64,000 nucleotides of DNA from Chloroflexota bacterium (GCA_002722155.1 PBKS01000016.1:1391-65390); one strand, 5' to 3'. Positions 9,464-23,923 are shown, counted from the first letter of the stretch. The notes: a model not told the origin generated them from the letters alone. Numbers and translations: made by a program.

Positions 9464-9886
9464 ATGACATTGAGACCTCAACCAAGATTTCCAGAACCTG
9501 ACACAGAACCCTTCTGGGAAGCAACAAAGCAAAGAAATCTCGTTTATCAGACTTGTGATAAGGCTGATTGTACCGATAGAGTTATTTTTTACCCAAGAGC
9601 GCACTGCGACACATGTGGTAGCTTGGAGACATCCTGGAACACCTCCAAGGGTGAGGGTGTTGTTTACACCTACAGTGTTATCATGCAAAGTCGCCACCCA
9701 GCTTTCAAAGATTTGGGACCATATGCCGTGGCATATGTGGACCTTGATGAAGGCTTTAGAATGATGACCAATATTGTAAATGTGGAAAACCCTATTACCG
9801 ATATTGAAATTGGTATGAGAGTGAAATTGGTTTGGCAGGACCAAGGTGACGGAGAGATAGCCCTTCCCATGTTTGAACCAGCATAG
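9464..9886 (+). CDS. DUF35 Zn-ribbon/OB-fold acyl-CoA-binding protein (ChsH2-like)
   Basis: PFWEA, two Cys pairs around FYPR, GVVYTYSV, PYAVAYVDLDEG. ATG at 9464 after AGGAG. Confidence 0.88.
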   Translation: MTLRPQPRFPEPDTEPFWEATKQRNLVYQTCDKADCTDRVIFYPRAHCDTCGSLETSWNTSKGEGVVYTYSVIMQSRHPAFKDLGPYAVAYVDLDEGFRMMTNIVNVENPITDIEIGMRVKLVWQDQGDGEIALPMFEPA

Positions 9887-9970
9887 ATAGCATCGATACT
9901 ATAAAAAATTTAGCGACCCATATTTTTGGAATTTAAGATTAGTGCAGGCTAAATTTAGTTGGGGTATTTT

Positions 9971-11380
9971 ATGCAATATCACCCGGTGCCTCTTGAAGCG
10001 ACTCTAGAGTCTTTACCTCCAGTTTGGACAGAAGACTTAATTCCGGAAATTAAATTAATCCTGGAAAATGCTCCCTCAATGGTATTCGTTCTAGATGATG
10101 ATCCCACGGGGGCACAAACAGTACACAATGCATCCTTTCTGACAGAATGGTCTCTTGACGTACTTATTTCTGAAAGATACCAACCTGAAGAGGTGACTTT
10201 CCTCCAGATAAATACAAGAGCCAAAACTGAGGAACAAGCGGTAAAAATAAACGCTGATTTGGGAATTGTATTTAGTCAACTTTCTAGACTGTTAAAAATA
10301 CCGATATCAGTAATTTCTAGATCTGATTCAACTCTCCGTGGACATTTTCCAGCGGAGGTTGATGCTTTGGCAAAAGGAATGGAAAATTCCCACGATGGAA
10401 TCATATTTATCCCGTTTTTTATCCAGGGAGGGCGTTACACCATTGACGATGTTCAATATGTTTCTGATGGAAGTATGCTTGCTCCAGTGGCCCAAACTCC
10501 GTTTGCTAAAGACTCTGCCTTTGGATATGAGTCCTCTAACCTTTGTGACTGGATAGAAGAGAAAACGCGAGGTCGAGTTTCCTCTGAAGAGGTAATATCC
10601 GTTTCTATAGATGAAATTAGAATTGGTGGCCCTGATGTCGTAGAAGAGAAGCTAAGGCAAATGAACCGAAGTGATATGTGCATAATTAATTCGGCGGACA
10701 TGAGAGATTTGGATGTAGTTGCTTTGGCAATTTTGCGACTTCAGTATAAATACGGGAAAAATTATTTGATACGCTCTTCGGCTTCTTTTGTGCGGTCGCG
10801 TCTTGGTCAAAGGGAAAAACCGATCTTGAACAAAGAAGAAATGGGATATGCCGATAAGGGTGGAGGATTAATACTAGTAGGCTCCCACGTACCTGGTAGC
10901 ACATCGCAATTGGAGAGTCTTTTGGATCTACCTAATGTGTACGGTTTGGAGTTGGAAGTAGAAAAGGTGCTGGGAAGGGATAAAGAACACACAGCTAGTG
11001 TAATTGAAAGAGCTAATATGCTTTTGAATGAATCTAAGGACACTGTGATATACACAAGTAGAAATGTCATAACAGGTTCTTCACCTGAGGAGTATTTGGA
11101 GATTGGAGCGATAATTGCGAATGCAATGACAGCAGTTGTTGCCGGAATCTCAGCCAAGCCGAGATATGTGATATCAAAAGGGGGCATGACGTCTTCAAAT
11201 ATTATCTTAAATGCATTGAATATTAAGAGAGCTACAGTTCCGGGGCAAATTTCTCCCGGAGTTTTGGTTTTACAAATGGGTTCTGAATCAAAATACCCGG
11301 GATCAAAATTGATTCTTTTTCCTGGTAATGTAGGTGGGTCTACGGCAATCTCAGAGGTGATCTTGAGGATGAGAAAATAA
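9971..11380 (+). CDS. Four-carbon acid sugar kinase family (DUF1537; DtnK/OtnK-like)
   Basis: VLDDDPTG, SRSDSTLRGH, ISKGGMTSS, FPGNVG. Confidence 0.85.
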   Translation: MQYHPVPLEATLESLPPVWTEDLIPEIKLILENAPSMVFVLDDDPTGAQTVHNASFLTEWSLDVLISERYQPEEVTFLQINTRAKTEEQAVKINADLGIVFSQLSRLLKIPISVISRSDSTLRGHFPAEVDALAKGMENSHDGIIFIPFFIQGGRYTIDDVQYVSDGSMLAPVAQTPFAKDSAFGYESSNLCDWIEEKTRGRVSSEEVISVSIDEIRIGGPDVVEEKLRQMNRSDMCIINSADMRDLDVVALAILRLQYKYGKNYLIRSSASFVRSRLGQREKPILNKEEMGYADKGGGLILVGSHVPGSTSQLESLLDLPNVYGLELEVEKVLGRDKEHTASVIERANMLLNESKDTVIYTSRNVITGSSPEEYLEIGAIIANAMTAVVAGISAKPRYVISKGGMTSSNIILNALNIKRATVPGQISPGVLVLQMGSESKYPGSKLILFPGNVGGSTAISEVILRMRK

Positions 11381-11388
11381 AGTATTAA

Positions 11389-12222
11389 ATGATCACATCC
11401 TCCTTTGATATTTTGAAATGGGCCAACTCAAGTAATATTGCTATTGGTGCCTTCAATGTATACAACTTTGAAGGTGTTAAAGCTGTTGTAGAAGGTGCTG
11501 AACAAGAGGGAGTTCCTGTAATTATCCAGATGCATCCGGCTTCGCTTGAAAGGGGAAGTAGATCCCTTATTGCAATGGCATTGGAAGCAGCTCGCTTATC
11601 AACAGTGTCAATTTCTGTTCATCTCGATCATATCGATAGAATCGCATCTGTTAGCGAAGGTATCGATGCTGGTATTACTTCCTTCATGCCAGATGGATCG
11701 AGGTATGACTATGATGAGAACATAGAATTTACCAAACTATGTGCCCAGGAAATAAGAAGCATAGGAGGATTTGTCGAGGGAGAGTTAGGACGTCTTTCTG
11801 GTAGTGAAGATAATGTGACGATTTCGGATTACCAAGCATTTTTGACAGATCCCTTATTGGTAGACGACTACGTGTCTAAAGCCAGGATTAATGCTCTAGC
11901 AATTTGTATTGGTAATATACATGGGAAATATGAATCAGAACCTAATTTAGATTTTCCGAGACTCTATAAAATCCGTGAAACAACAGAGTTGCCATTGGTG
12001 ATGCATGGAGCGTCAGGATTATCGGATGAAATGGTTTCACAGTGTGTACGGGCCGGTATATCGAAATTTAATGTCAATACTGAATTAAGACAAGCATATA
12101 TCTCTGGTATCACTGAGGCAGTCAATCACAATATTACTGATTTGTTGTCAATTATGAATTTATGCGTCAGTAAAATGAGAGATATGGTCGTTCTCAAAAT
12201 ACGCCAGTATTCGCTCCAATAA
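11389..12222 (+). CDS. Class II fructose/tagatose-bisphosphate aldolase family
   Basis: GAFNVYN, VHLDH, VEGELG, GNIHG, LVMHGASG, KFNVNTE. Confidence 0.88.
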   Translation: MITSSFDILKWANSSNIAIGAFNVYNFEGVKAVVEGAEQEGVPVIIQMHPASLERGSRSLIAMALEAARLSTVSISVHLDHIDRIASVSEGIDAGITSFMPDGSRYDYDENIEFTKLCAQEIRSIGGFVEGELGRLSGSEDNVTISDYQAFLTDPLLVDDYVSKARINALAICIGNIHGKYESEPNLDFPRLYKIRETTELPLVMHGASGLSDEMVSQCVRAGISKFNVNTELRQAYISGITEAVNHNITDLLSIMNLCVSKMRDMVVLKIRQYSLQ

Positions 12223-12250
12223 CAATTTTGTTGTATTTCAATCTATTTTA

Positions 12251-12664
12251 TTATCGATTGTAGAAAGCAGACGCCAAGGCAAGTAAACCTGATGGTATAT
12301 AAAATTTTCCTATTGAGGATGCGCTGAGTACTATAAATACTATAAATATGGCTGACATTGCCCACGAATAGGACTTCCACCTGAGAAGCAGTGTTTTTTG
12401 ACTGCTACTAGTTGATTTTGCCATGATCGAAGATAGAAGACATATTCCTGATAGCATCCAAGGCAATATTATTACGAAAAGACCCTGTGACCCCAATGCT
12501 TCAAATATTGTTTTATTAACTTGATATTGCTGAGTGAAATTACTCGAATTTGCTATCTGATCTATGTCGCTCACCAGAGGGAAAAATATCAACAAAATCC
12601 CTGCGCACATGGCAGTGATATGAGCTCCGCCAGCTAAAATTGTCGATTTATTAAACAGTGTCAT
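12251..12664 (-). CDS. Hypothetical membrane protein (about 4 TM)
   Basis: Hydrophobic segments; overlaps the end of the Sir2 gene, so probably operonic. Confidence 0.65.
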   Translation of the reverse strand: MTLFNKSTILAGGAHITAMCAGILLIFFPLVSDIDQIANSSNFTQQYQVNKTIFEALGSQGLFVIILPWMLSGICLLSSIMAKSTSSSQKTLLLRWKSYSWAMSAIFIVFIVLSASSIGKFYIPSGLLALASAFYNR

Positions 12665-13466
12665 TAGTAATAAGTCTTTTTATTTCTTTGACTAATTTTG
12701 GTAAGGAGTTTTCAGTTGGCCCTTTAACCGAACTAGCTGCAAATACAGAAAGCGGAGTTTCCTCCGGGTTGACCTCTATTATGTTCCCTCCGGATGACAA
12801 CACTTCCTGTGGGAAACCTGCGGCGGGATAGACTGTTGCGGAAGTTCCAATTACCAAAATGCAATCGGCTAAATTGGTTTCATTTATGCAGCTATTCAAA
12901 AATGATAGAGGTATGGGTTCACCAAACATAACAGTGTCAGGTTTTATAATTCCTGAACATGTCTGGCATTTTGGCGGTAACACGTCTTGCCAGAGTGGGA
13001 ATGTCCTATCGAATTCTTCACGATTCCATCTTGATTCACATGTAGTGCATCTTAATTTAGTTCTATTGCCATGAATTTCGGTAACTCTATTTGAACCAGC
13101 CGCATAGTGTAGATTGTCAATATTTTGGGTAATTTGGTGTTTCAAAATATTTATATTTTCTAGTTCAACTAAAGCAAAGTGGCCAGAATTGGGTTGTGCC
13201 TTTTCAATGGCGTTTCTAAATTTTGTTCTTTCAGGGTCTATTTTAGAGTTCAGATTTTGATTCCACCATGTTGTGGGATTGTTAAGAAAACTTTCGTATG
13301 CGTTTCCGGACGGTTCTCCTAATTTTGTCCAAAGGCCTCCTGCTCCTCTGAAGGTTGGTATTCCACTCCCTACAGACAGTCCGGCTCCAATTAAAGCTAT
13401 TGTGTAGTTTGATTTCAATATTATTTGGGCTGCGGTCAATATTGATTTCGGCGTTTTATTTTCCAT
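12651..13466 (-). CDS. cobB: Sir2-family NAD-dependent protein deacylase
   Basis: GAGLSVGSGIPTFRG, ITQNIDNLH, EIHGN, two CxxC, GTSATVYPAA. Confidence 0.85.
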   Translation of the reverse strand: MENKTPKSILTAAQIILKSNYTIALIGAGLSVGSGIPTFRGAGGLWTKLGEPSGNAYESFLNNPTTWWNQNLNSKIDPERTKFRNAIEKAQPNSGHFALVELENINILKHQITQNIDNLHYAAGSNRVTEIHGNRTKLRCTTCESRWNREEFDRTFPLWQDVLPPKCQTCSGIIKPDTVMFGEPIPLSFLNSCINETNLADCILVIGTSATVYPAAGFPQEVLSSGGNIIEVNPEETPLSVFAASSVKGPTENSLPKLVKEIKRLITNDTV

Positions 13467-13481
13467 GTTAACTAGTTTAAT

Positions 13482-14636
13482 CTAATTCATTTTTATGGAA
13501 CCATTTGTTATTTCTAATCTATTGGAATCATTTGTGAATGACCTCGGAATGTTACTCGGTTCCGCAGTCGTAACAATAACTTGGTCAGGATGTTTTATGT
13601 GATCTACTATTTGTTCCCTACGGGTTTGGTCTAATTCAGACATGACATCGTCAAGAAGCAGAACCGGTTTCGTCTTTCTGTGTCGATATAAAAATTCAGA
13701 TTCAGCCATTTTTAAAGCTAAAATTGCTGTTCTTGATTGCCCTCTGGAGGCGTATTTGGAAGCGTCCATTTCATTAATTTTAAAAAGGAGATCATCTCTA
13801 TGGGGTCCGATATTTGTAGATCCTTGTGCTATGTCTTTTTTCCTGGACCCTTCTAATTCATATATGAATTTGTCTATGCTGATGTTTTTTGCAAAATCAG
13901 CTGGACTCAGATAGTGCATGGTCAATGTTTCAGAGTCACTAGCCATGGAACTATGAAACGGTAACGATGATTCCTCAAGAGTTTTAATTGCCGTTCGCCG
14001 TTTGGTTGTGAGAATAACAGCATTTTTTGCTAAAAGCTCATCCCAGTATTTCAATTCTTCGGTAGAGGCTGCTCTGTCTCTTATAAGTTTTAATAGGTGG
14101 TTTCTTTGTGTATTTGCCTTTTGATATTGTTGTATAGATGTTAGGTATTCTCGATCGATTTGCGAAAGTAAAATGTCGAGGTATCTTCGTCGGATTGATG
14201 GACTGCCATATATCAGGTCAAGATCACTCACACTAAATAGAACAGCGTTCACAATACCGACTAGATCTGAGGGTTTTTTAGGAGTGCCGTTAATCCTAAT
14301 AAACTTTTGAGCGGTAAACCCATGTGGGTTTCCTGATGACTGGCATCTATAATGAATTTCAAGATTTTCAGAACCTTTTTGATCTTCAGCTACACACGCG
14401 ATTTTCGAGTAAGTCAATTTTTCTAGGGGAAGTTGCATAACTGATAGGTTGTTTATTAATTCTCTGTCCGTCGAGACCTTTGTGGATTTGGCAATTGACA
14501 TCATATAGATAGCTTCTAGGAGGTTACTTTTTCCGTGTCCGTTTGCTCCTTGAATTAACGTCGTGCCTAAAGGCAACGCCAGTTCCAAATCCTTGTAATT
14601 GCGAAAATTGAGGAGGCTTAAATGGGAGATGCGAAT
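13482..14636 (-). CDS. recF: DNA replication/repair protein RecF (probable ATT start)
   Basis: NFRNY, Walker A GANGHGKSNLLEA, GPHRDDL, SRGQ, LLLDDVMSELD. Confidence 0.93.
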   Translation of the reverse strand: MRISHLSLLNFRNYKDLELALPLGTTLIQGANGHGKSNLLEAIYMMSIAKSTKVSTDRELINNLSVMQLPLEKLTYSKIACVAEDQKGSENLEIHYRCQSSGNPHGFTAQKFIRINGTPKKPSDLVGIVNAVLFSVSDLDLIYGSPSIRRRYLDILLSQIDREYLTSIQQYQKANTQRNHLLKLIRDRAASTEELKYWDELLAKNAVILTTKRRTAIKTLEESSLPFHSSMASDSETLTMHYLSPADFAKNISIDKFIYELEGSRKKDIAQGSTNIGPHRDDLLFKINEMDASKYASRGQSRTAILALKMAESEFLYRHRKTKPVLLLDDVMSELDQTRREQIVDHIKHPDQVIVTTAEPSNIPRSFTNDSNRLEITNGSIKMN

Positions 14637-14765
14637 GAGAGTTCTCCAAGGCAATGAAGTGAGCTTTTATCCACCGTTATTGAAAGGATTTTAGCATGTT
14701 GGGTATATTGTGTAAGTTAGATATATATTATTAAAAATTATGTAATCTCGAGGAGATGAGAACTG

Positions 14766-15695
14766 ATGAGATCGGTAGTTGCTTTGGCAGGAGGAGTTGG
14801 AGGCGCAAAATTGGCCCTTGGCTTTTCTCAAATATTATGTCCGGACGAGCTCACAGTAATAGTAAACACGGCAGATGATGATCGGTTTTATGGATTACAT
14901 GTATCTCCTGACCTTGATACCGTGATGTATACCTTAGCAGGAGTATCAAATGTGGAAATGGGATGGGGGCTTAAAGATGAGTCGTTTAGGACTTTAGGAA
15001 AACTAAAGGAGTATGGCTTGGACGCCTGGTTTAATCTAGGTGATTTGGACCTCGCTACCCATCTTTTTCGTACCCAAATGATTGATGAAGGGAGAACATT
15101 GTCGGAGGTTTGCGCCAAATTGACCGACGCTTTGGGTGTGCGCCACAGATTATTACCAGTTACTGATGATCCCATAAGGACTATGATCGAAACAGATGAT
15201 GGCATGATGTCATTTCAAGAATATTTTGTAAAAAATCGGTGTGATCCTGTTGTTAGATCTATAAGTTTTGCGGGATCTGAAAATTGTCGGATTACTGATG
15301 ATACGAAAGAATCTCTAGTAAACATGGATCTTTTAGTATTTTGTCCCTCCAATCCTTTTTTGAGTCTGGCTCCTATCTTATCCGTGCCTGGATTTAGAGA
15401 GATGCTTGGGTCATATTCTGGGAAATCGATTGCCGTCAGTCCGATAGTAGGAGGTAAAGCTATTAAAGGACCTGCAGCAAAGATTCTGCAGGAACTGGGA
15501 CATGATGTATCCTCTTTAGGAGTAGCCCGTCAATATGTTGGTCTTTGCGACATATTCATCATTGATGAGATAGATGTGTCTATGAAAGAGAGCATAGAGT
15601 CATTAGGTATGGAGGTTTTTGTCACCAAAACAGTTATGCAAACTAACCAAGAAAAACAACAACTAGCGGAATTTATTCTAGACATAAGCACATAG
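14766..15695 (+). CDS. cofD: 2-phospho-L-lactate transferase (F420 biosynthesis)
   Basis: LAGGVGGAKL, VNTADD, SPDLDTVMYTLAG, LGDLDLATH, FQEYFV, PSNP, VSPIVGG, KGPA. Confidence 0.93.
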   Translation: MRSVVALAGGVGGAKLALGFSQILCPDELTVIVNTADDDRFYGLHVSPDLDTVMYTLAGVSNVEMGWGLKDESFRTLGKLKEYGLDAWFNLGDLDLATHLFRTQMIDEGRTLSEVCAKLTDALGVRHRLLPVTDDPIRTMIETDDGMMSFQEYFVKNRCDPVVRSISFAGSENCRITDDTKESLVNMDLLVFCPSNPFLSLAPILSVPGFREMLGSYSGKSIAVSPIVGGKAIKGPAAKILQELGHDVSSLGVARQYVGLCDIFIIDEIDVSMKESIESLGMEVFVTKTVMQTNQEKQQLAEFILDIST

Positions 15696-15699
15696 CTAA

Positions 15700-16320
15700 G
15701 TGAGTCAATTTTCTATCCTTATACCAATGAAACTTCCATCGGAAGGTAAATCTAGACTTGTTGATGTACTAGCCGGACCTAGTCGAGAACGATTAACCAT
15801 ATCTCTTTTAAGAAGAGTGGTGAAAGCATCCACTGACTCTTCTGCTGATTCAGTTTACGTAGTTGGAGGTGGCTCGCAAGTGGCTCAAATTTGTCAGCAG
15901 ATGGGGGTAAATTGGATTGACTCAAATTCGGGAAATTTGAATTTAGATGTTTCAATTGGAATGACTGAAATTAGCCAGATTGGAAACGGAACAGTTTACC
16001 TTCCAGGAGATCTTCCGTTTGTTACCCCTGGAGATATAGACGCAGTGATTAAATATTCTGAAAATGGTCATTTCGCTATTTTGGTTTCTTCGGAATCGGA
16101 TGGCGGTACCAACTGTGCCCTTTTCCCATATCAAACTGATTTGATTCCTTTGTTAGGACCAGACAGTTACAGAAAACATTGTGAATATGCGAAAAATCGG
16201 GGAATTCTTTTTGAAACAGTCCGACCAACAGGATTACTTATAGATCTTGATACTCCAGAGGATTTACAAAAATGTGAAGAAATAGAAAAAGGATTTTTAA
16301 AGAATGTTGGAATCATTTAG
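15700..16320 (+). CDS. cofC: 2-phospho-L-lactate/PEP guanylyltransferase (F420 biosynthesis)
   Basis: IPMK...GKSRL, PGDLP, DGGTN, DLDTPEDL; adjacent to cofD. Confidence 0.88.
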   Translation: MSQFSILIPMKLPSEGKSRLVDVLAGPSRERLTISLLRRVVKASTDSSADSVYVVGGGSQVAQICQQMGVNWIDSNSGNLNLDVSIGMTEISQIGNGTVYLPGDLPFVTPGDIDAVIKYSENGHFAILVSSESDGGTNCALFPYQTDLIPLLGPDSYRKHCEYAKNRGILFETVRPTGLLIDLDTPEDLQKCEEIEKGFLKNVGII

Positions 16321-16346
16321 ATCTATTTTTAGAGATCGGTGCACAT

Positions 16347-17294
16347 ATGACTAAATTAGGGGTACTGTTGCCGACTAGAGGGTTGTTGATGACTGAAAAT
16401 CCTCCATCTAATATCGATGAGATTATTAGAATGGCGGAAAAGGTGGAGGCAGCTGGTATTGATTCTGTTTGGGTTGGAGATAGCCTAACCGCAAAACCTA
16501 GATTGGAACCATTTACAGTCTTATCTGCCATAGCTGCCAGGACTAACAACATACGTCTTGGTACAGCAGTGCTGCTTGCTTCCTTGAGGCATCCTGTCCA
16601 ACTGGCCCACATATCGTCTACCTTAGATTTGATTTCGGGTGGAAGGCTTGTCCTAGGGATGGGGGTAGGCGGAGCTTTCAACGATGCTCAAAGGCAGGAG
16701 TGGCATAACGTAGGTGTTGATCCAAGAGATAGGGCAGGAAGATTTGAAGAGGCGATGAAAATTTTTAAACCATTAACTAGAGGAGAGAAAGTTACTTTTG
16801 ACGGGAATCATTTCCGAGTAAAAGATGTTGCGATCAAACCAGTTTCTCCACAATCTAACGGTGTGCCGGTCCTTGTCGCGGCACATGGCCGTTCCAATTT
16901 AGATAGACAGTACAGACGGGTACTTCTTGGGGATGGGTTAATTTCTATTTCTGATTTTCCGGATGAATATGAAATGGTTCTTGATAAAGTTGCTGAATAT
17001 TGTGCTCCGCGCAACGAACGTTTCACAAATATGGAAAAAAGTTTCTATATGACGGTTAACATGGGAGAGAACGAGGAACGGTTAACAGAAGAATCTGATA
17101 AGTTTTTGAAAGAATATTATGGTGTAAATATATGGCAGGAAAGATGGGGTCCGTGGGGTACTCCTGAGCAAGTTATTGCCCGTGTAAAAAGTTACGAGAA
17201 TGTTGGTGCGGAAACAATAATTGTAAGGTTTGCTTCTTACAACCAAACTAAACAACTTGATCTGTTGTTGAATGAAGTTATTCCCTATTTATAA
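16347..17294 (+). CDS. Luciferase-like (LLM) oxidoreductase, probably F420-dependent
   Basis: DSVWVGDS, RLGTAVL, LDLISGGRLVLGMG; directly after cofDC. Confidence 0.85.
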   Translation: MTKLGVLLPTRGLLMTENPPSNIDEIIRMAEKVEAAGIDSVWVGDSLTAKPRLEPFTVLSAIAARTNNIRLGTAVLLASLRHPVQLAHISSTLDLISGGRLVLGMGVGGAFNDAQRQEWHNVGVDPRDRAGRFEEAMKIFKPLTRGEKVTFDGNHFRVKDVAIKPVSPQSNGVPVLVAAHGRSNLDRQYRRVLLGDGLISISDFPDEYEMVLDKVAEYCAPRNERFTNMEKSFYMTVNMGENEERLTEESDKFLKEYYGVNIWQERWGPWGTPEQVIARVKSYENVGAETIIVRFASYNQTKQLDLLLNEVIPYL

Positions 17295-17308
17295 GAAGTA
17301 AAATTGGT

Positions 17309-19354
<2,046 letters not shown>

Positions 19355-19500
19355 TCATAGTAACCGGCTATTAAAAAGTACTCAAGGTTCCTGGATGGTA
19401 GGTCCAAAATTTCACTTCCCTAGACTCCAAAATTGTCAGAAGATATACTCATTATGGAGATGGGTTTTCCTGTCTCATGTCATTTTGTCGAAAATAGGGG

Positions 19501-20433
19501 TTGATAAACCACTTGCCGTACGCTCAAAAAATACAAGATTTTGTAGATCAGTATCCCGTTCTTAAGGCTATAGGCAATACACCATTGGTTGAGTTGGATC
19601 TTCCATGGGATATAGGTGATTCATCTATACATGCCAAGTTTGAACAACTGAATCCTGGTGGTTCTATCAAGGATAGACCGGTGTTAAGGATGTTGTCTGA
19701 GGCCGTTATCTCCGGAAAATTGAAAAAGGGCAAAACGATTCTTGATGCTACTTCGGGAAATGCTGGAATTGCTTATGCAATGGTAGGAGCAATTCTCGGG
19801 TTTCCTGTGGAATTGGTGATGCCGGAGAATGCCAGTGAGGAAAGAAAAAAAAGATTACAGGCGCATGGAGCTAACCTCATATTTACTGACGCTCAATTAG
19901 GATATGATGAAGCATTATATGAGGTGAAAAGGAGATATGAAAAAGACCCGGGTAAGTATTTTTACTGTGATCAATATAGTAATATCAACAATCCATTAGC
20001 CCATTACGAGACCACAGCTGTAGAGGTATTAGAACAGGCACCATTCATCACTCACTTTGTAGGAGGGGTTGGTACAGGGGGTACTATTAGTGGGATTGGT
20101 CGTAGATTGAAAGAAAAAAATCCCTCTATTGAGGTCATTTGTATAGATTTTGATGAATGGCCTGGAGTGGAAGGTCTTAAGCCGTTGAGTGAAGGGCACA
20201 TTATTCCTGATACATTTGATAGATCCGTGGTGGATCGCATGATCCAAGTAGATGTTGTTAAGGGTTATGATGTGTCTAACGAATTGGCAAAAAACGGGAT
20301 CTTTGTAGGCCAGTCATCTGGGGCTTATTTACTTGGAGCAAAACAAGTAGCGGAGGAAATTAAATCTGGCCAGGTCGTTACTATCTTCAATGACATAGGT
20401 GAAAGGTATTTTTCTACTTCCATGTGGGGATAA
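19501..20433 (+). CDS. cysM: PLP-dependent cysteine synthase (CysM/CysK family)
   Basis: IGNTPL, NPGGSIKDR, ATSGNAG, GVGTGGT, GQSSGA, GERYFST. Confidence 0.85.
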   Translation: MINHLPYAQKIQDFVDQYPVLKAIGNTPLVELDLPWDIGDSSIHAKFEQLNPGGSIKDRPVLRMLSEAVISGKLKKGKTILDATSGNAGIAYAMVGAILGFPVELVMPENASEERKKRLQAHGANLIFTDAQLGYDEALYEVKRRYEKDPGKYFYCDQYSNINNPLAHYETTAVEVLEQAPFITHFVGGVGTGGTISGIGRRLKEKNPSIEVICIDFDEWPGVEGLKPLSEGHIIPDTFDRSVVDRMIQVDVVKGYDVSNELAKNGIFVGQSSGAYLLGAKQVAEEIKSGQVVTIFNDIGERYFSTSMWG

Positions 20434-20571
20434 TTGCGGAAGCCCCAAGGTATCAGAAGATACAAAATCATTAGTATTGGAGTATTGGCCAATTCGTTTC
20501 CCGTATTAGAGCCAGGCCAAATATGAAAAATAGGAGGTTTCGAGAATCTGGTCTTCCCAGTACGCAGAATT

Positions 20572-22530
<1,959 letters not shown>

Positions 22531-22942
22531 CTAAAGCATGCCTATTGGGTTATTTAAATATGTCGTGTTGCATTCGCGGATATAGCCTTCGTAAAAATGG
22601 GGGTGTGAGATCACCGTCTGTGAGACGTAAATGCAAGCACAATTGCTAATTTTGAATGATTGCTTATGCAACCATGGAAAATTCTCTATAATCACGGCCC
22701 TAATTTTAGCAGAATTAGAGTGTTTTACTCAAGGGTAATTTGTTCCTATTATTAACCAAAAGTTATGGACTAAATTTCTTCGAGAAAATCAAGATACTTA
22801 TATACCTATTGACTTAATTGGTAAAATCTTACTCCGCAGCCAATCTTCTGAAAGATGGTGAGCTTCTAGAAAAATATTTTTTACCTTGATAAAAGATGAT
22901 TCTTTTGAGGCCTGCTACATTCAGAAAAAGTAGGTCTATATT

Positions 22943-23923
22943 TTGACAAAAAATATTCGAAATGGAATTACAGATGTTCCGGGTATCAAGGTTGGGCATT
23001 GGACTAATCTTGAAGCCATAACGGGATGCACGGCTGTCTTGTGTCCGAAAGGATCTTTGGGAGGTGTATCGGTTAGAGGTGCATCACCTGGAACTAGAGA
23101 AACTGATGTCTTACACCCTTTAAATCGTATAGATGAAGTAAATGCTATTATGCTTTCAGGTGGCAGTGCCTACGGATTGGCAGCGGCTGATGGAGCAATG
23201 ACGTACTTGGAGGAACAAGGCATTGGGGTAAAAGTAGGTGAAGGGGTAGTCCCTATAGTACCTGCAGCCATTCTATATGATCTGGGAATTGGTGACGGTA
23301 CAATCCGACCAATCTCTGACAATGGGTATTCTGCTTGTAAACTTGCCTCGAGTGATCCTGTAGAGCAAGGATGTGTCGGGGCAGGGACTGGTGCGACGGT
23401 TGCCAAGACCCTAGGGCATCAAAAGGCAATAAAGGGTGGATTAGGTTCTGCTAGTGTTGATTTGGGTGGTGGGTTAGTTGTGGGAGCATTGGTCGTAGTG
23501 AACGCCATTGGCAGCGTATATGATCCTGAAAATGGATCATTGATAGCCGGGCCAAGGGTCGGTGAAATTATGTCTGACTCGATGTCGGATCTAATTTCTG
23601 GAAATTTATTTAACCTCCCTGAAATTAACGGGAATACGACTATAGGAGTTGTCGCCACTAACGCCACTTTGACTAAGGCACAGGCCGGTAGAGTAGCTTC
23701 AAGTTCGCATGATGGATTAGCTTTGGCGATAAGACCATCCCATTTAATTGGTGACGGCGACACGATGTTCTCTATTTCTACTTCGGAGCTGGGTGGAATC
23801 GATGAGTACATTGATATGAATCGTATCATCGCAGGCAGTGTTCGTGCGGTGTCAGAAGCAATACAAAATGCTGTCAATTATGCTGAAATGCTCGGTGGAA
23901 TTCCTTCTGTTAATGATTTGTAA
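22943..23923 (+). CDS. P1/DmpA-family self-cleaving hydrolase (ThnT-like)
   Basis: ITDVPGIKVGH, GASPGTRETD, LSGGSAYGL, VGAGTGA, cleavage-site motif NTTIGVVATNA, GDGDT. Confidence 0.85.
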   Translation: MTKNIRNGITDVPGIKVGHWTNLEAITGCTAVLCPKGSLGGVSVRGASPGTRETDVLHPLNRIDEVNAIMLSGGSAYGLAAADGAMTYLEEQGIGVKVGEGVVPIVPAAILYDLGIGDGTIRPISDNGYSACKLASSDPVEQGCVGAGTGATVAKTLGHQKAIKGGLGSASVDLGGGLVVGALVVVNAIGSVYDPENGSLIAGPRVGEIMSDSMSDLISGNLFNLPEINGNTTIGVVATNATLTKAQAGRVASSSHDGLALAIRPSHLIGDGDTMFSISTSELGGIDEYIDMNRIIAGSVRAVSEAIQNAVNYAEMLGGIPSVNDL

